Assembly (NCBI GenBank): GCA_035285865.1
Contig: JAYKHS010000022.1
Span: forward strand, 1 to 64,000
Origin: Candidatus Sericytochromatia bacterium
Lineage (GTDB): Bacteria; Cyanobacteriota; Sericytochromatia; S15B-MN24; VGJW01
DNA length: 64,000 bases
Direction: 5' to 3'
Shown here one piece after another: positions 28,691 to 38,557 of the stretch (the stretch's first letter is position 1; every line of letters begins with the position of its first letter). The notes under the pieces are model-generated. The model made no database searches and was not told where the DNA came from. It saw only the letters and a program-made list of their open reading frames with translations. The translations under genes were made by a program, and so were the position numbers.

Positions 28691-29521
28691 TCACGGTCTC
28701 CGGCGGCCAGATCGTGGGCGTGGTGCCGGCTGGCAAGCCGGACACCAGTGCGTGCCCCGGCCTTCCAGCTGCTCCTTGCGGATGGCCTGGCCGCAGGTCC
28801 TGCAGGGAGCGCCGACCCGGTCGAAGACCCGCAGTTCCGTGTAGAAGCCTCCCTCGCCGCCGTGTCCGTCCCGGTAGAGCTGGAAGGTGGTGCCCCTCGC
28901 CGCGATGGCCGCTTCCAGGACGTCCACGATCGCACGATGCAGGCGTTCGGCCTCGGCCCGACGGATGCTCCGGCGAAGCGGATGCAAGCCGGCCCGATGC
29001 AGGGCTTCGTCGACATAGATGTTGCCGAGTCCAGCGACCGGGCGCTGGGAGAGCAGTTGGGCCTTGAGCGTCCGTCGCGATCCGGAGAGGGCGCGGTGCA
29101 GCCCTTCGGCGGTGAACTCGGTGGACAGAGGCTCCGGGCCCATGTTCTTCAGCGTCTCCCACGGCGGTTCGGCTCCCTGCGCCACCAGCCCAATCGTCCC
29201 GAATCGGCGCATGTCCGAGAAGACCAACTCCATGCCGTCATCCAGCGTGAAGCGGGCCCGGACGAAACGATCGGGCGTCGTGCCGACAGGCAGCAGGACG
29301 AGGCGGCCGCTCATGCCAAGGTGGATGACGAGAGCCTGATCGCCGAGGTCCGCCAGCAGGTACTTGCCCCTGCGGGTCAGGCGGCCGACGGTCCGGCCGA
29401 CGGCTTCCGAGACATCTGCGTATCGCGGGCCATGATCGACCCGAACGGCCGTGATGGTGCGGCCCGAGAGTCCCGGTTCGATCTGGCGTCGGACGGTCTC
29501 GACCTCGGGCAGTTCAGGCAC
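28691..29521 (-). CDS. mutM: formamidopyrimidine-DNA glycosylase
   Basis: MPELPEVE, RRGKYL, HLGMSG, GLGNIYVDE and C-terminal zinc finger. Confidence 0.98.
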   Translation of the reverse strand: MPELPEVETVRRQIEPGLSGRTITAVRVDHGPRYADVSEAVGRTVGRLTRRGKYLLADLGDQALVIHLGMSGRLVLLPVGTTPDRFVRARFTLDDGMELVFSDMRRFGTIGLVAQGAEPPWETLKNMGPEPLSTEFTAEGLHRALSGSRRTLKAQLLSQRPVAGLGNIYVDEALHRAGLHPLRRSIRRAEAERLHRAIVDVLEAAIAARGTTFQLYRDGHGGEGGFYTELRVFDRVGAPCRTCGQAIRKEQLEGRGTHWCPACQPAPRPRSGRRRP

Positions 29522-29530
29522 GGACGACCT

Positions 29531-31231
29531 CTAGAAGGTGATCCGGCTGCCCAGGACGAGTTGCTCATGCGTGATGGGTGCCGTCTGGCTGCCACCCGCC
29601 GGCGTGGTGTTGCCCGTTCCCCCGGCTGACCACAGGGGATTCTCGCCCGGGCCGTACTTGCCCATGTCGTACTGGACGAACAGGCGCGGCAGGACAGGGT
29701 GTGGCGCAAGTTCGACGAGCGCTGTCAGGCCCGATCCGAAGTTGCTGTCCAGCAGATCCCACCCGCTGGTCTGGGCAGCAAGCGTGATGCCCGGAACCGT
29801 CGGGATGCCGGGGAAGCGCAGCACGACGCCGCTCGAGACCCAGTTGTACGGCACGACCGGGATGCGGGCGGTACGGATGCCGCCCTTGCCGTCGGCGACC
29901 TGCAGGTCGGCCAGCGTCGGACCCGCAAGGCCCGGTCGATTGGCGAAGGGCGCGAGGCCCAGGCGGCTGGCGAGAGAAAGTCCGACGCCGGAACCGAGCA
30001 GCGACTCGGAGCCTACCTGCAGGCTGGCTTCCTGCACGTGGCGGCCGTCATCTCCTGCGCGCCGGACCTGGGCCCACGACAGGGTGGCGCCGAGACCGGG
30101 GTCTCCGATGTCCATCGACACGCCGAGGCCCTTGCCGGCGGACTTGGCCGTATCGAAGACTTCGCCGAGGCGGCCGTTTGCCAGATGGCCCGTCATCGAG
30201 GCCCGGAACCAGCCCAGGTCCGTGCCCAGCCGCAGCAGGCCGTAGCCGGAGCGCGGATCTGTCGGCTGCGGGAAGTGGCCGGGCAGGATCTGGCGTGCAC
30301 GGGCGGCGGAGACGCCCGGGATGCCATCGTGGATCAGGGCCCCGAGAGCCAACGGCCCCCAGTCCATCTGCCACGAGGCGCCGGGTGCACCCGAGATGAT
30401 GAGATCCTCGGCTGCCGCAGGGTGGAGCAGGTCGCGCACGACGTCGGTGCCCGGATGCATCGGCAGTCGGCCGTTGCGACCCGAGCCGTCCGTCACCGCC
30501 ATCGGCCGGATGGCCCCATCCTGGATCGGGGGCTGGCCGACATAGCCGTAGCCGCCTTCGCCATTGGGCCACAGCGGTGCTCGCGCCACCCAGCCTCCGA
30601 GGGAGGGACTGACGGGCAGGGCCTCGGCCAATCGCAACAGGCCCAGTTGCACGCGTTGCCCCTCGGCCACCCAAGTCAGGGCCGAACGCCGGACGTGCAC
30701 CACCGAGCCCTCGTCCCTGAAGTTCGCCGCGACCGAGGGGTTGGCGGCCTGAGCAGATTGAAAGCCGCTGGCCGACTGCTGGAAGCCGTTGCCGAGGAAC
30801 AGCAGGTCGCCCTGCCAGGAGAGCTCGGGGGCGAGGTCCGCAGACAGGCGCAGGTCCGTCTGTACCCGGAAGTCGTCCGGTCCGCCGACCCCGGAACCGT
30901 AGCTGCGATGGAGGAACTGCAGGGCACCGCCGACGACCAGGCGGCGTTCCTGAAGGCCCATGCGCTCTTCCAGGGTGTCCAGCCGGTTCTGCTGGGCGGC
31001 AACCTCGTCTGCAAGCACCAGGTGGCGGCGGCCAAGCACCTTCAGGTCTTCCGCCAGAGGTTCGATCGCCGCGGTCGGTGCGGAGGGCGTAGGGGAGGCC
31101 GGCGGATTTCCCGCCGGGACCTGAGGGGGCACCGGGACGTTGGGGGCAGCCCAGGCCGGAATGCTGGTGGCGAGCAAGCCGAGGGCCGCGGCACCGAGGC
31201 CGGGGACGAGGGACCGGATGCGGGCGTTCAT
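29531..31231 (-). CDS. outer-membrane beta-barrel/porin-like protein with periplasmic coiled coil
   Basis: Signal peptide (..PAWA), coiled coil (LAEDLKVL..RLDTLEER), alternating beta-strands and C-terminal Phe (GSRITF). Confidence 0.7.
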   Translation of the reverse strand: MNARIRSLVPGLGAAALGLLATSIPAWAAPNVPVPPQVPAGNPPASPTPSAPTAAIEPLAEDLKVLGRRHLVLADEVAAQQNRLDTLEERMGLQERRLVVGGALQFLHRSYGSGVGGPDDFRVQTDLRLSADLAPELSWQGDLLFLGNGFQQSASGFQSAQAANPSVAANFRDEGSVVHVRRSALTWVAEGQRVQLGLLRLAEALPVSPSLGGWVARAPLWPNGEGGYGYVGQPPIQDGAIRPMAVTDGSGRNGRLPMHPGTDVVRDLLHPAAAEDLIISGAPGASWQMDWGPLALGALIHDGIPGVSAARARQILPGHFPQPTDPRSGYGLLRLGTDLGWFRASMTGHLANGRLGEVFDTAKSAGKGLGVSMDIGDPGLGATLSWAQVRRAGDDGRHVQEASLQVGSESLLGSGVGLSLASRLGLAPFANRPGLAGPTLADLQVADGKGGIRTARIPVVPYNWVSSGVVLRFPGIPTVPGITLAAQTSGWDLLDSNFGSGLTALVELAPHPVLPRLFVQYDMGKYGPGENPLWSAGGTGNTTPAGGSQTAPITHEQLVLGSRITF

Positions 31232-31291
31232 GAGGCCCGACGGTAGCACGGAGCCACCCCTTCCTTCAAGGCGGCGTGGTACGATCCGCCC

Positions 31292-32119
31292 GTGTCGCCG
31301 TCCCCTCAGCACGCCTCCGGGGCTTTCGCCACCCTCTGGCGTCCGAGGGTCGACGAGGCTCTGGCCGACCTTGTCGCGGCCCTGCCCGAGGGCAATCTTC
31401 GTGCGGCGTGTGCGCACGGCCTGCTTGGACCGGGCAAGCGCCTGAGGCCCATGCTGGTGCTGGCTACCTGCGCGGCTGCCGGTGGTGAACCCGTTCAAGC
31501 GATGCCCGCGGCATGTGCCGTCGAGGCCGTGCATGCTTTCAGCCTCGTGCATGACGACCTGCCTTGCATGGATGACGATGACGAGCGTCGCGGCAGGCCC
31601 ACGGTGCACGTCGTCTATGGGGAGGCCACGGCCCTGCTGGCGGGTGACGCCTTGCTGGCCCTCGGCCTGGGCGCCCTGGCTGCATCGCGTGCGCCGTGGG
31701 CAGCGGCCGCCACGGCCCGCTTGGCCGAGGCGACCTGGGCCGGCCTCGTGCCGGGCCAGGTTCTTGACCTCGAAGCGCGGGACGCAGCCACGACACCGGA
31801 CCTGGAGACCATCCACCGCCTGAAGACCGGGTGCCTGATGGAGGCGTCGTGCGTGCTCGGCGGCCTCGTGGCCGGGGCCGATGAGGGTGTGGTCGACTTG
31901 CTGGCGACTTATGGCCGCGAGCTGGGCCTGGCTTTCCAGCTTGCCGACGATCTGCTGGACGATGGGGATGACCCGACGTCGTGGGTTGCGCTGCACGGCC
32001 GTGTGGCCACGGAGGCCGCAGGCGAGGCCGCCGTGGCCCGTGCCCGGGATGCTGCGGCCCGGCTCGGGTCCGAAGTGCTGGACTCCCTTGCGTTCGGTGC
32101 ATTCCACCGGAGGGTCTGA
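31292..32119 (+). CDS. ispA: polyprenyl (FPP/GGPP) synthase
   Basis: GKRLRP, HDDLPCMDDDDERRG, GQVLDL, KTG and FQLADDLLD. Confidence 0.92.
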   Translation: MSPSPQHASGAFATLWRPRVDEALADLVAALPEGNLRAACAHGLLGPGKRLRPMLVLATCAAAGGEPVQAMPAACAVEAVHAFSLVHDDLPCMDDDDERRGRPTVHVVYGEATALLAGDALLALGLGALAASRAPWAAAATARLAEATWAGLVPGQVLDLEARDAATTPDLETIHRLKTGCLMEASCVLGGLVAGADEGVVDLLATYGRELGLAFQLADDLLDDGDDPTSWVALHGRVATEAAGEAAVARARDAAARLGSEVLDSLAFGAFHRRV

Positions 32120-32123
32120 GACC

Positions 32124-32558
32124 TTGGATCATCTGCCGCTCGTCACGGGCCTCTCGGCGGGCTTCTTCGCCCAGTCGTGGAAGTTCCTGTGGGCGCTCGT
32201 GCGCCATCGCCAGCTCGATTTCCGCCTGCTGGTGCGGACTGGTGGTTTCCCTTCGTCCCATACGGCTCTGGTCGTCGGCCTGACCACCACCATCGGCCTG
32301 ACCGAGGGCTTCACCTCGCCGTTGTTCGATTGTGCCGTGGTGTTCAGCGCCATCGTGATGTACGACGCAGCCGGCGTCCGGCGCGCTGCAGGTCGACAGG
32401 CGGCGGTGCTGAACCGGATCGTGGCCGAGTTCCAGCAGGAGTTGCGTTTCTCGATTCCCAAGCTGCAGGAGCTGCTCGGCCACACGCCTACGGAAGTCCT
32501 CGGCGGTGCGGTGGTGGGCATCCTCTGGGCGATCGGCATGCATCGATGGCTGGGATGA
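32124..32558 (+). CDS. divergent PAP2 family protein (DUF212)
   Basis: TGGFPSSH, VMYDAAGVRRAAG.QA.VLN and LGHTP.EV..G. Confidence 0.93.
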   Translation: MDHLPLVTGLSAGFFAQSWKFLWALVRHRQLDFRLLVRTGGFPSSHTALVVGLTTTIGLTEGFTSPLFDCAVVFSAIVMYDAAGVRRAAGRQAAVLNRIVAEFQQELRFSIPKLQELLGHTPTEVLGGAVVGILWAIGMHRWLG

Positions 32559-33319
32559 AGGGACGCAGTCGGCAGCGTCTCGACCAGCGGGTCGTGGCCG
32601 AAGGTCTGTACCCATCGCGTGAGGCTGCCCGCCGGGCCATCATGGCTGGAGAGGTCCGCATCGGTGATGCACCGGCGACGAAGCCGGGCATGTGGGTCCT
32701 GGACGACCAGGCCGTCCGCCGGGTCGGTGAGGCCATGCCGTGGGTCTCGCGGGGCGGCTACAAGCTGGATCATGCCCTCGGACTCTGGCCCATCGCCGTG
32801 AAGGACCGCGTGGCGGTCGATGTCGGGGCCTCAACCGGCGGTTTCACCGACGTGCTGCTGCAGCGCGGTGCCGCGCAGGTGCACGCCGTAGACGTGGGGT
32901 ATGGCCAGTTGGCGTGGAAGTTGCGGCAGGATCCCCGGGTGGTGGTGCACGAACGGACCAATGCCCGCCACCTGACTCCGGCCGATCTGACGGGGGACGG
33001 TCCGCCCGTGACACTGGCCGTGATGGACGTTTCCTTCATCGGCCTCGCCAAGGTGTTGCCTGCCGTACGCACGTGGCTCGAGGCTGCCATGGATGCAGCG
33101 GTTCGGGAGGTCGTGGCTTTGGTGAAGCCTCAATTCGAGGTCGGTCCGGATCGGGTGGGCAGCCGTGGGGTGGTTCGCGAGCAGGCCCACCGCGAAGAGG
33201 CCCTCGAGGCCGTCATTCGCGATGCCGAGGCCTTGGGTTTCGTGCGCAAGGGCGTGACGACGTCGCCCATCACCGGTCCGGAGGGCAATGTGGAGTATCT
33301 GCTGTGGCTGGCCCTCTGA
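32555..33319 (+). CDS. tlyA: TlyA family rRNA methyltransferase
   Basis: S4 domain (RLD..), VSRGGYKL, DVGASTGGFTD, KPQFE and GNVEYL. Confidence 0.96.
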   Translation: MKGRSRQRLDQRVVAEGLYPSREAARRAIMAGEVRIGDAPATKPGMWVLDDQAVRRVGEAMPWVSRGGYKLDHALGLWPIAVKDRVAVDVGASTGGFTDVLLQRGAAQVHAVDVGYGQLAWKLRQDPRVVVHERTNARHLTPADLTGDGPPVTLAVMDVSFIGLAKVLPAVRTWLEAAMDAAVREVVALVKPQFEVGPDRVGSRGVVREQAHREEALEAVIRDAEALGFVRKGVTTSPITGPEGNVEYLLWLAL

Positions 33320-34146
33320 AGCGCCTGGGCGTGCTTGCCCGCGAAGACCATCCGCGGATCGCCGAGATGCGCGAGGTCCTCGCCTGCGGGGGCAGGGCCG
33401 TACGCTGGATCGATCCGGCCGATGTCGCGGCCGTTCGGGAACTCGATCTGCTGATCGTGCTCGGGGGGGACGGTACCCTGCTGAGGGCGGCGCGCCTCGC
33501 AGCCTCGGACGGCATCCCCCTGCTGGGGGTCGACCTCGGCACGCTGGGGTTTCTGGCCGAAGTCGACCCGGACCATCTGCCCGCTGCCCTCGACCGTGTC
33601 GAGGCCGGCCACTACACCCTGGAGGAACGGGTACGCATCGAAGTGCGCCTCTTGCGCGCAGGCGTGCCCGACCGCGTGGCCCATGGGATGAATGACGTCG
33701 TGGTGGACCGCGGGGCCTCGGGCAGGATGCTCGAGGTGAGCGTCTCCCTGGGCGACGAGGAGGTGGCGACCCACGCGGCGGACGGCTTCATCGTCGCGAC
33801 GCCTACCGGCAGCACCGCCTACGCGCTGGCGGCCGGCGGGCCCGTGCTGGGACCCGAGGTCCCGGCCATGGTGCTGGTGCCCATCTGCGCCCATGCCCTG
33901 ACGGCCCGCCCCCTCGTGGTCTCGGATGCCGGCGTCATCCGCATGTCCGTGCGGCCGCGGACTCCGGGGGCGGGTCTCTTCGTCGATGGTGTCCCGCTGG
34001 TCGAAGACCTGGGTGAAGGTGACGTCATCGAGGTGCGCAAGGCGGCCGTACCCGTTCGCCTCGTGCGTCTCGGCGTCGCCACCTTCTACCCTCGGCTGCG
34101 GGCCAAGCTCCAGTGGTCGCTGCGGGGTGTCAACGGGGCTCGATGA
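33304..34146 (+). CDS. nadK: NAD kinase
   Basis: LGGDGTLL, GTLGFL, DGFIVATPTGSTAY and AGGP; start uncertain. Confidence 0.95.
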   Translation: MAGPLKRLGVLAREDHPRIAEMREVLACGGRAVRWIDPADVAAVRELDLLIVLGGDGTLLRAARLAASDGIPLLGVDLGTLGFLAEVDPDHLPAALDRVEAGHYTLEERVRIEVRLLRAGVPDRVAHGMNDVVVDRGASGRMLEVSVSLGDEEVATHAADGFIVATPTGSTAYALAAGGPVLGPEVPAMVLVPICAHALTARPLVVSDAGVIRMSVRPRTPGAGLFVDGVPLVEDLGEGDVIEVRKAAVPVRLVRLGVATFYPRLRAKLQWSLRGVNGAR

Positions 34147-34423
34147 TGAAGCGGATGGCTGTCCGCTCTTCGCCCTGGACCTGGATGTCGAGGAACGCCG
34201 GGATCGTCACGAGGTCAATTCCGCCGGGTGCCACGTAGCCCCGCGCGATGCCGATGGCCTTGACCGTCTGGTTGACGGCCCCGGCCCCGATGGCCTGGAC
34301 CTCGCATCGGCCTGCTTCACGAACCATCCCGGCGATGGCACCTGCCACGGAGGAGGGATTGCTCTTTGACGCCACCTTGAGCAGCGTGGTCCCATCTTGG
34401 CGACTGGTCTTGGGGGACAGCAT
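34130..34423 (-). CDS. spoVS: SpoVS family protein
   Basis: LKVASKSNPSSVAGAIAG..QAIGAGAVNQTVKAIGIARG..PAF..GEERTAI. Confidence 0.95.
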   Translation of the reverse strand: MLSPKTSRQDGTTLLKVASKSNPSSVAGAIAGMVREAGRCEVQAIGAGAVNQTVKAIGIARGYVAPGGIDLVTIPAFLDIQVQGEERTAIRFIIEPR

Positions 34424-34540
34424 CTCGGACTCCTCGGTGCTGGGGTGGGGGAAGGGCGCGGTGCCCACCGCCCTGAAGGCAGTCTAGGGCGACCCCTGGC
34501 GGGGGTCATCGTGCGTGACGGCCACCGGGGAGGGTATGGG

Positions 34541-35995
34541 ATGCAACACGGTCGATCCCGATGGGTGCTTTTGCCGCTCGATGAGCGCCCCTGCACCCGG
34601 GATCTGCCGGCGGCCATCGGCCGGGCGGGTGGGCTTGACCTGCAGTTGCCGCCGCCGGGCCTGCTCGGTGATCTTGAGCGACCCGCCGACCCCGATCGGG
34701 TCTGGGCTTGGCTGGAGGCCGCATGTGCAGAGGCCGACGGGGCCATCGTGGCCCTCGATACGCTGGTGCACGGCGGTCTCGTGCCCGCACGCCGCAGCTT
34801 CGAGGACACGGGCGTTCTTCTGGGGCGCCTCGACCGCTTGCGCCAGTTGGGCTGCCGCCTGCTCGGGTTTGCCGTCACGATGCGGATTCCCGACTCGACG
34901 GTTGCGGATGAGGAGCCGGCGTGGTGGGCGGACCACGGGCCGATGGTCCATCGCTGGAGCGTGGCCACCGACCGCCACGCCGTGACGGACGATCCGCAGG
35001 CGCAGGAGGAGGCACGTGCGGCGCGCGCGGCCATTCCCGATGCTCTGGCCGATGAGTTCCTGGCGCGGCGGGCGCGCAACTTTTCCGTGCACCAGGCCAG
35101 CCTGGACCTGGTCAGGGATGGTGTGCTCGATTGCCTGTGTCTGACGCAGGACGATTGCACGCCCTTCGGATTCAACCAGGCCGAGAAGCGTCGCCTCGAG
35201 GCCGAGGCGCCGCCGGGTGTCCTGATCTACCCGGGAGCCGACGAGGTGGCCTCGGTGCTTGTGGGCCGGGTGTTGCTGGCCGGGGCCTCGCCGGGCCTGG
35301 CCATCGAGGCCTGGCCGGAAGAGGGAGGAAACCTCGTGGCCATGTACGAGGATCGACCGCTCGTCGCGACGGCTGCCGGGCAGATTCGCGCCCTCGGGGG
35401 CCGCGTCGTCTCATCGGACGAAGCCGAGGCCACGCTGGTCCTGAATGCGCCGGCCGTGGCGCAGGGCGACCTGGCTCTGGGGCTCTTTCTTGATCAGGTC
35501 GACGCCCGCCCGCGCCCCCTGGAATCCTTGCGGGATCGGCTTGCCCGGCCGTCTGGCCCGCTGATTCTGGCGGATGTGGCCTATGCCAACGGCGGGGACC
35601 CCGCACTCTGGAGGACCGACGGATCGGGGCCCGGCTTCGACCCGATGGGACTTGCCGGCCTTGCGGCGTGGAATACGGCCGGCAACACGATCGGGACGGC
35701 GCTCGCCATGTGGTCGGCCAATCGGACGGGACCGGCAGACCCTGAAGCCTGGGCACGGCTCGTTTCGGAGCGTGTCGCGGACGACGTGCTGTACCAAGGC
35801 TGGGCACGGCAGCACTGGAAGGCCGAGAGCCTCTCGCTCGCGCAGGCCTGCCAGCGGTTTGCAACGGAGTTTCGGGCCCGGTTCATCCGCGCGTTTCCCG
35901 AATTGCGCTGGCGCCCCGTTTCCGGGGGGTTTCCGTGGCGTCGCTGGTTCGAGGCCGAGGTGGTCGTTGCGCCGGAGGAACCCCTCCGGGCCTGA
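34541..35995 (+). CDS. DUF4127 family protein
   Basis: LPLDERPC, LVHGGLVPAR, IYPGADEV, ADVAYANGGD and AWNTAGNTIG. Confidence 0.85.
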   Translation: MQHGRSRWVLLPLDERPCTRDLPAAIGRAGGLDLQLPPPGLLGDLERPADPDRVWAWLEAACAEADGAIVALDTLVHGGLVPARRSFEDTGVLLGRLDRLRQLGCRLLGFAVTMRIPDSTVADEEPAWWADHGPMVHRWSVATDRHAVTDDPQAQEEARAARAAIPDALADEFLARRARNFSVHQASLDLVRDGVLDCLCLTQDDCTPFGFNQAEKRRLEAEAPPGVLIYPGADEVASVLVGRVLLAGASPGLAIEAWPEEGGNLVAMYEDRPLVATAAGQIRALGGRVVSSDEAEATLVLNAPAVAQGDLALGLFLDQVDARPRPLESLRDRLARPSGPLILADVAYANGGDPALWRTDGSGPGFDPMGLAGLAAWNTAGNTIGTALAMWSANRTGPADPEAWARLVSERVADDVLYQGWARQHWKAESLSLAQACQRFATEFRARFIRAFPELRWRPVSGGFPWRRWFEAEVVVAPEEPLRA

Positions 35996-36058
35996 TCGGT
36001 GGCATCTTCTCGGCCGTCATGCTTGCATGGAGGCCTTCAGGAGGACCGGCAACACACC

Positions 36059-36508
36059 ATGGAACGCACATTCATCGCAGTCAAGCCCGATGGGGTCCAG
36101 CGCGGACTCGTGGGGCAGATCATCGCTCGCTTCGAACAGAAGGGCTACCAGCTGGTGGGCCTGAAGCAGATGCAAGTCACCCGCGAAATGGCCGAACAGC
36201 ATTACGGCGAGCATCGCGAGCGTCCCTTCTTCAAGGGGCTCGTGGACTTCATCACCAGCGGGCCCATCGTGGCCATGGCCTGGCAGGGCACGGGTGTCGT
36301 CGCGACGGCCCGCCTGATGATGGGCAAGACCAACCCGCGCGAGGCTGATCCCGGCACGATCCGTGGGGACTTCGCCGTGGACATCGGTCGTAACGTGGTG
36401 CACGGATCGGACTCGCCCGAGAATGCCGTCCGCGAACTGGGCATTTTCTTCGCCCCCGGTGAACTGCTTGATTGGAACCGTACGCTCGACACCCACTTGA
36501 TGGAGTAG
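36059..36508 (+). CDS. ndk: nucleoside diphosphate kinase
   Basis: [22 protein letters not shown] and NVVHGSDS. Confidence 0.99.
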   Translation: MERTFIAVKPDGVQRGLVGQIIARFEQKGYQLVGLKQMQVTREMAEQHYGEHRERPFFKGLVDFITSGPIVAMAWQGTGVVATARLMMGKTNPREADPGTIRGDFAVDIGRNVVHGSDSPENAVRELGIFFAPGELLDWNRTLDTHLME

Positions 36509-36517
36509 GGCGTGGAC

Positions 36518-36556
36518 GCGGGCCGGTTGTCCCTCCTGTGCGGGACGCCGGCCCGT
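36518..36556. terminator. GC-rich hairpin between convergent ndk and response regulator
   Basis: Imperfect inverted repeat GCGGGCCGG..GTCCC / GGGACG..CCGGCCCGT; no clear U-tract. Confidence 0.4.
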
Positions 36557-36563
36557 GGCGTGC

Positions 36564-36980
36564 CTAGGCTTGCAGCAGCGTGTCCAGGGATTCCAGAATG
36601 GCCTGTCGCGACACGGGCTTGGTCAGGAACCGCACGCGGGGGTCGTTCCAGACCGGCAGATCCTCATCCGCCATGGCTGTCACGACCAGAATCGGCGTGT
36701 CGGTGAGCGCCTGATTCTCTCGGATCCGTTCGTAGATGAAGCTCCCGTGGAGTCCGGGCATCAACAGGTCCAACAGGACGGCATCCGGACGGGGGTCTTC
36801 ACCAAGGGCCAGCAGGGCATGCTCCGGACGGCGCTCCCACCGTACGGCAAAGTCCTGGTCCTGCAAGGCACGGCCCAGCCAGATACCGGTATCGACGTGG
36901 TCTTCGATCACGAGGATGTTGGCACGCGTGCCGGTCTGGTTTTCTCGCCCCACATAGGCACAGGCTTCGAATAAGGTCAT
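36564..36980 (-). CDS. single-domain response regulator (receiver)
   Basis: ILVIEDH, LLDLLMP, VVTA and LTKP. Confidence 0.9.
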   Translation of the reverse strand: MTLFEACAYVGRENQTGTRANILVIEDHVDTGIWLGRALQDQDFAVRWERRPEHALLALGEDPRPDAVLLDLLMPGLHGSFIYERIRENQALTDTPILVVTAMADEDLPVWNDPRVRFLTKPVSRQAILESLDTLLQA

Positions 36981-37056
36981 GGACAAGCGGCCCCGAATGT
37001 TGTCGTGGCATCATGATACACGACAGGTTCGGTCGTCGGAATCCCGAGTCGGAACT

Positions 37057-37908
37057 TCAGCGAATCTTCAGGCGAGACTTGACGGCCTTGCAGACGTCGA
37101 CGACCTCGTCCGGCACCACCTGCCCGCAGAGCAGCAGCCTCAGGCTATCCTCCTCGACGTCCGCCTCCACGGCGAGCGTCCGGAGATCCATCTTGCGACG
37201 GCCCATGGCGGCGTAGAGCTTCGGCACGAAGGGATCGAGACGCTCCTCGGGCGGGAACATCCCGAGCAGACTGTCGGAGAGCTGGGATGCCGGGGTGTCG
37301 GCAGCCTTCATGTAGCCGCGTGCCACCAGCATCTTGCTGACCAGCATGTTCAGGAAGACATGCTCGATGGCCTGGGGATTGCGCTCGGCCCAGTCGATGA
37401 CGGGGGCCAGGTATTCCCCGAAGGTCTCGGGTGCCAACTGCAGGGCTGCGGCAATCTTCTCGATGACTTCGGGATTTCGGGGGAACGGCACGTCTCCGCG
37501 CAGGATCTCGTACATGTAGGTGCGGCTGATGTCGACCTTGCCGGCGAAGTCCTGGCGGATCAGGCCCAGCTCTTGCATCCGGGCCCAGACCTTGCGTGTC
37601 GAATCCGGAAGGATGGCCACCAACTGCCGATACTCGTCGAACATCATGGGGTCGATCTGGGCCACTTCGGCGAAGCGCTCGAGCGTCTCACGCACCGTGG
37701 GAAACTTGACCTTGCTGTTGAAGATGCGCGAGACATACTCGTACGACAAGCCTGTCGCCTGGACGAACTGCTTGCGGCTGACACCAGCGTGCAGCAGGCT
37801 GGTCTTCAGGATCTGCACCGAAGGACTCGGCGGACGGGTTGCACCCAAGGCCGTGCCCCCGCGGAAAGCACCGCGGATGAGTGCGGCGCGGGATTGCTGC
37901 GAAGGCAT
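37057..37908 (-). CDS. transcriptional regulator with three XRE/Cro-type HTH units
   Basis: Three segments of the form G.S..F....G.S..Y...I..G..P (third degenerate). Confidence 0.8.
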   Translation of the reverse strand: MPSQQSRAALIRGAFRGGTALGATRPPSPSVQILKTSLLHAGVSRKQFVQATGLSYEYVSRIFNSKVKFPTVRETLERFAEVAQIDPMMFDEYRQLVAILPDSTRKVWARMQELGLIRQDFAGKVDISRTYMYEILRGDVPFPRNPEVIEKIAAALQLAPETFGEYLAPVIDWAERNPQAIEHVFLNMLVSKMLVARGYMKAADTPASQLSDSLLGMFPPEERLDPFVPKLYAAMGRRKMDLRTLAVEADVEEDSLRLLLCGQVVPDEVVDVCKAVKSRLKIR

Positions 37909-38092
37909 GGCGGTACTCCGGATTCGAGGGGGTGCTGAGAACGGGTCGAGAGTCCCTCATTCCCTTTATCGCAAGCCCTCGCGGGCATGTCAAGACTTTA
38001 GGACACCCTATCATCGGGTGTGCAAAATGGTCGTCATTGGGTCAATACTGCAGCATGGCAGATGGGTCTCAAGTCGCACGGGCCCAGGTAAA

Positions 38093-38127
38093 CAAGCCCC
38101 TTCGGCCGGAATGGACGAGGGGGCTTG
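38093..38127 (-). terminator. putative intrinsic terminator after the regulator-cNMP operon
   Basis: CAAGCCCCTTCG / CGAGGGGGCTTG inverted repeat, followed by TTT on the minus strand. Confidence 0.45.
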
Positions 38128-38143
38128 CATCAGGTCGCGGTAT

Positions 38144-38554
38144 TCAGGTGGCACCTTGGGCGCGGATCTGGCTTTCGAGGGCGCGAATGCGTCGCGTGAA
38201 CTCGCGCATCAGGCGCAGGGCGAAGTCCGGGCGCTCCGAGAGGACCTGCCCGAAGTTGGCTTCGTCCAGCACAAGCAGGACCGTGTCGCTGGTGGCCACG
38301 GCGCAGGTCGAGCGAGGTTGTCCGTCGAGCAGCGCCATCTCACCGAAGAAGTCCGCCTCCTTCAGGTGGGCGATGGTCTGGGTCGTCTCGCCGAAGAGCA
38401 CGTCGCTGCCCTGCCGTACCTTCCGGCCCACGACCCTGTACAGCAGCATCGAGCCCTTCAGGATGACGAACATCTCGCGCCCGGTGTCGCCCTCCATGAA
38501 GAGGACATTGCCGGACTTCAGGCGTCGTGTGTGTGCGCCGGCTCCCTGAGTCAT
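38144..38554 (-). CDS. stand-alone cyclic nucleotide-binding domain protein
   Basis: LFMEGDTG.EMFVI..G and FFGEMALLDGQPRST. Confidence 0.92.
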   Translation of the reverse strand: MTQGAGAHTRRLKSGNVLFMEGDTGREMFVILKGSMLLYRVVGRKVRQGSDVLFGETTQTIAHLKEADFFGEMALLDGQPRSTCAVATSDTVLLVLDEANFGQVLSERPDFALRLMREFTRRIRALESQIRAQGAT

Positions 38555-38557
38555 GCG

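Noticed and set aside
25782..28844. Very long antisense ORFs (1020 aa here; also 45848-48319, 54674-57307, 6782-8842)
   Set aside because: Shadow frames expected at high GC3; the opposite strand carries recognisable genes
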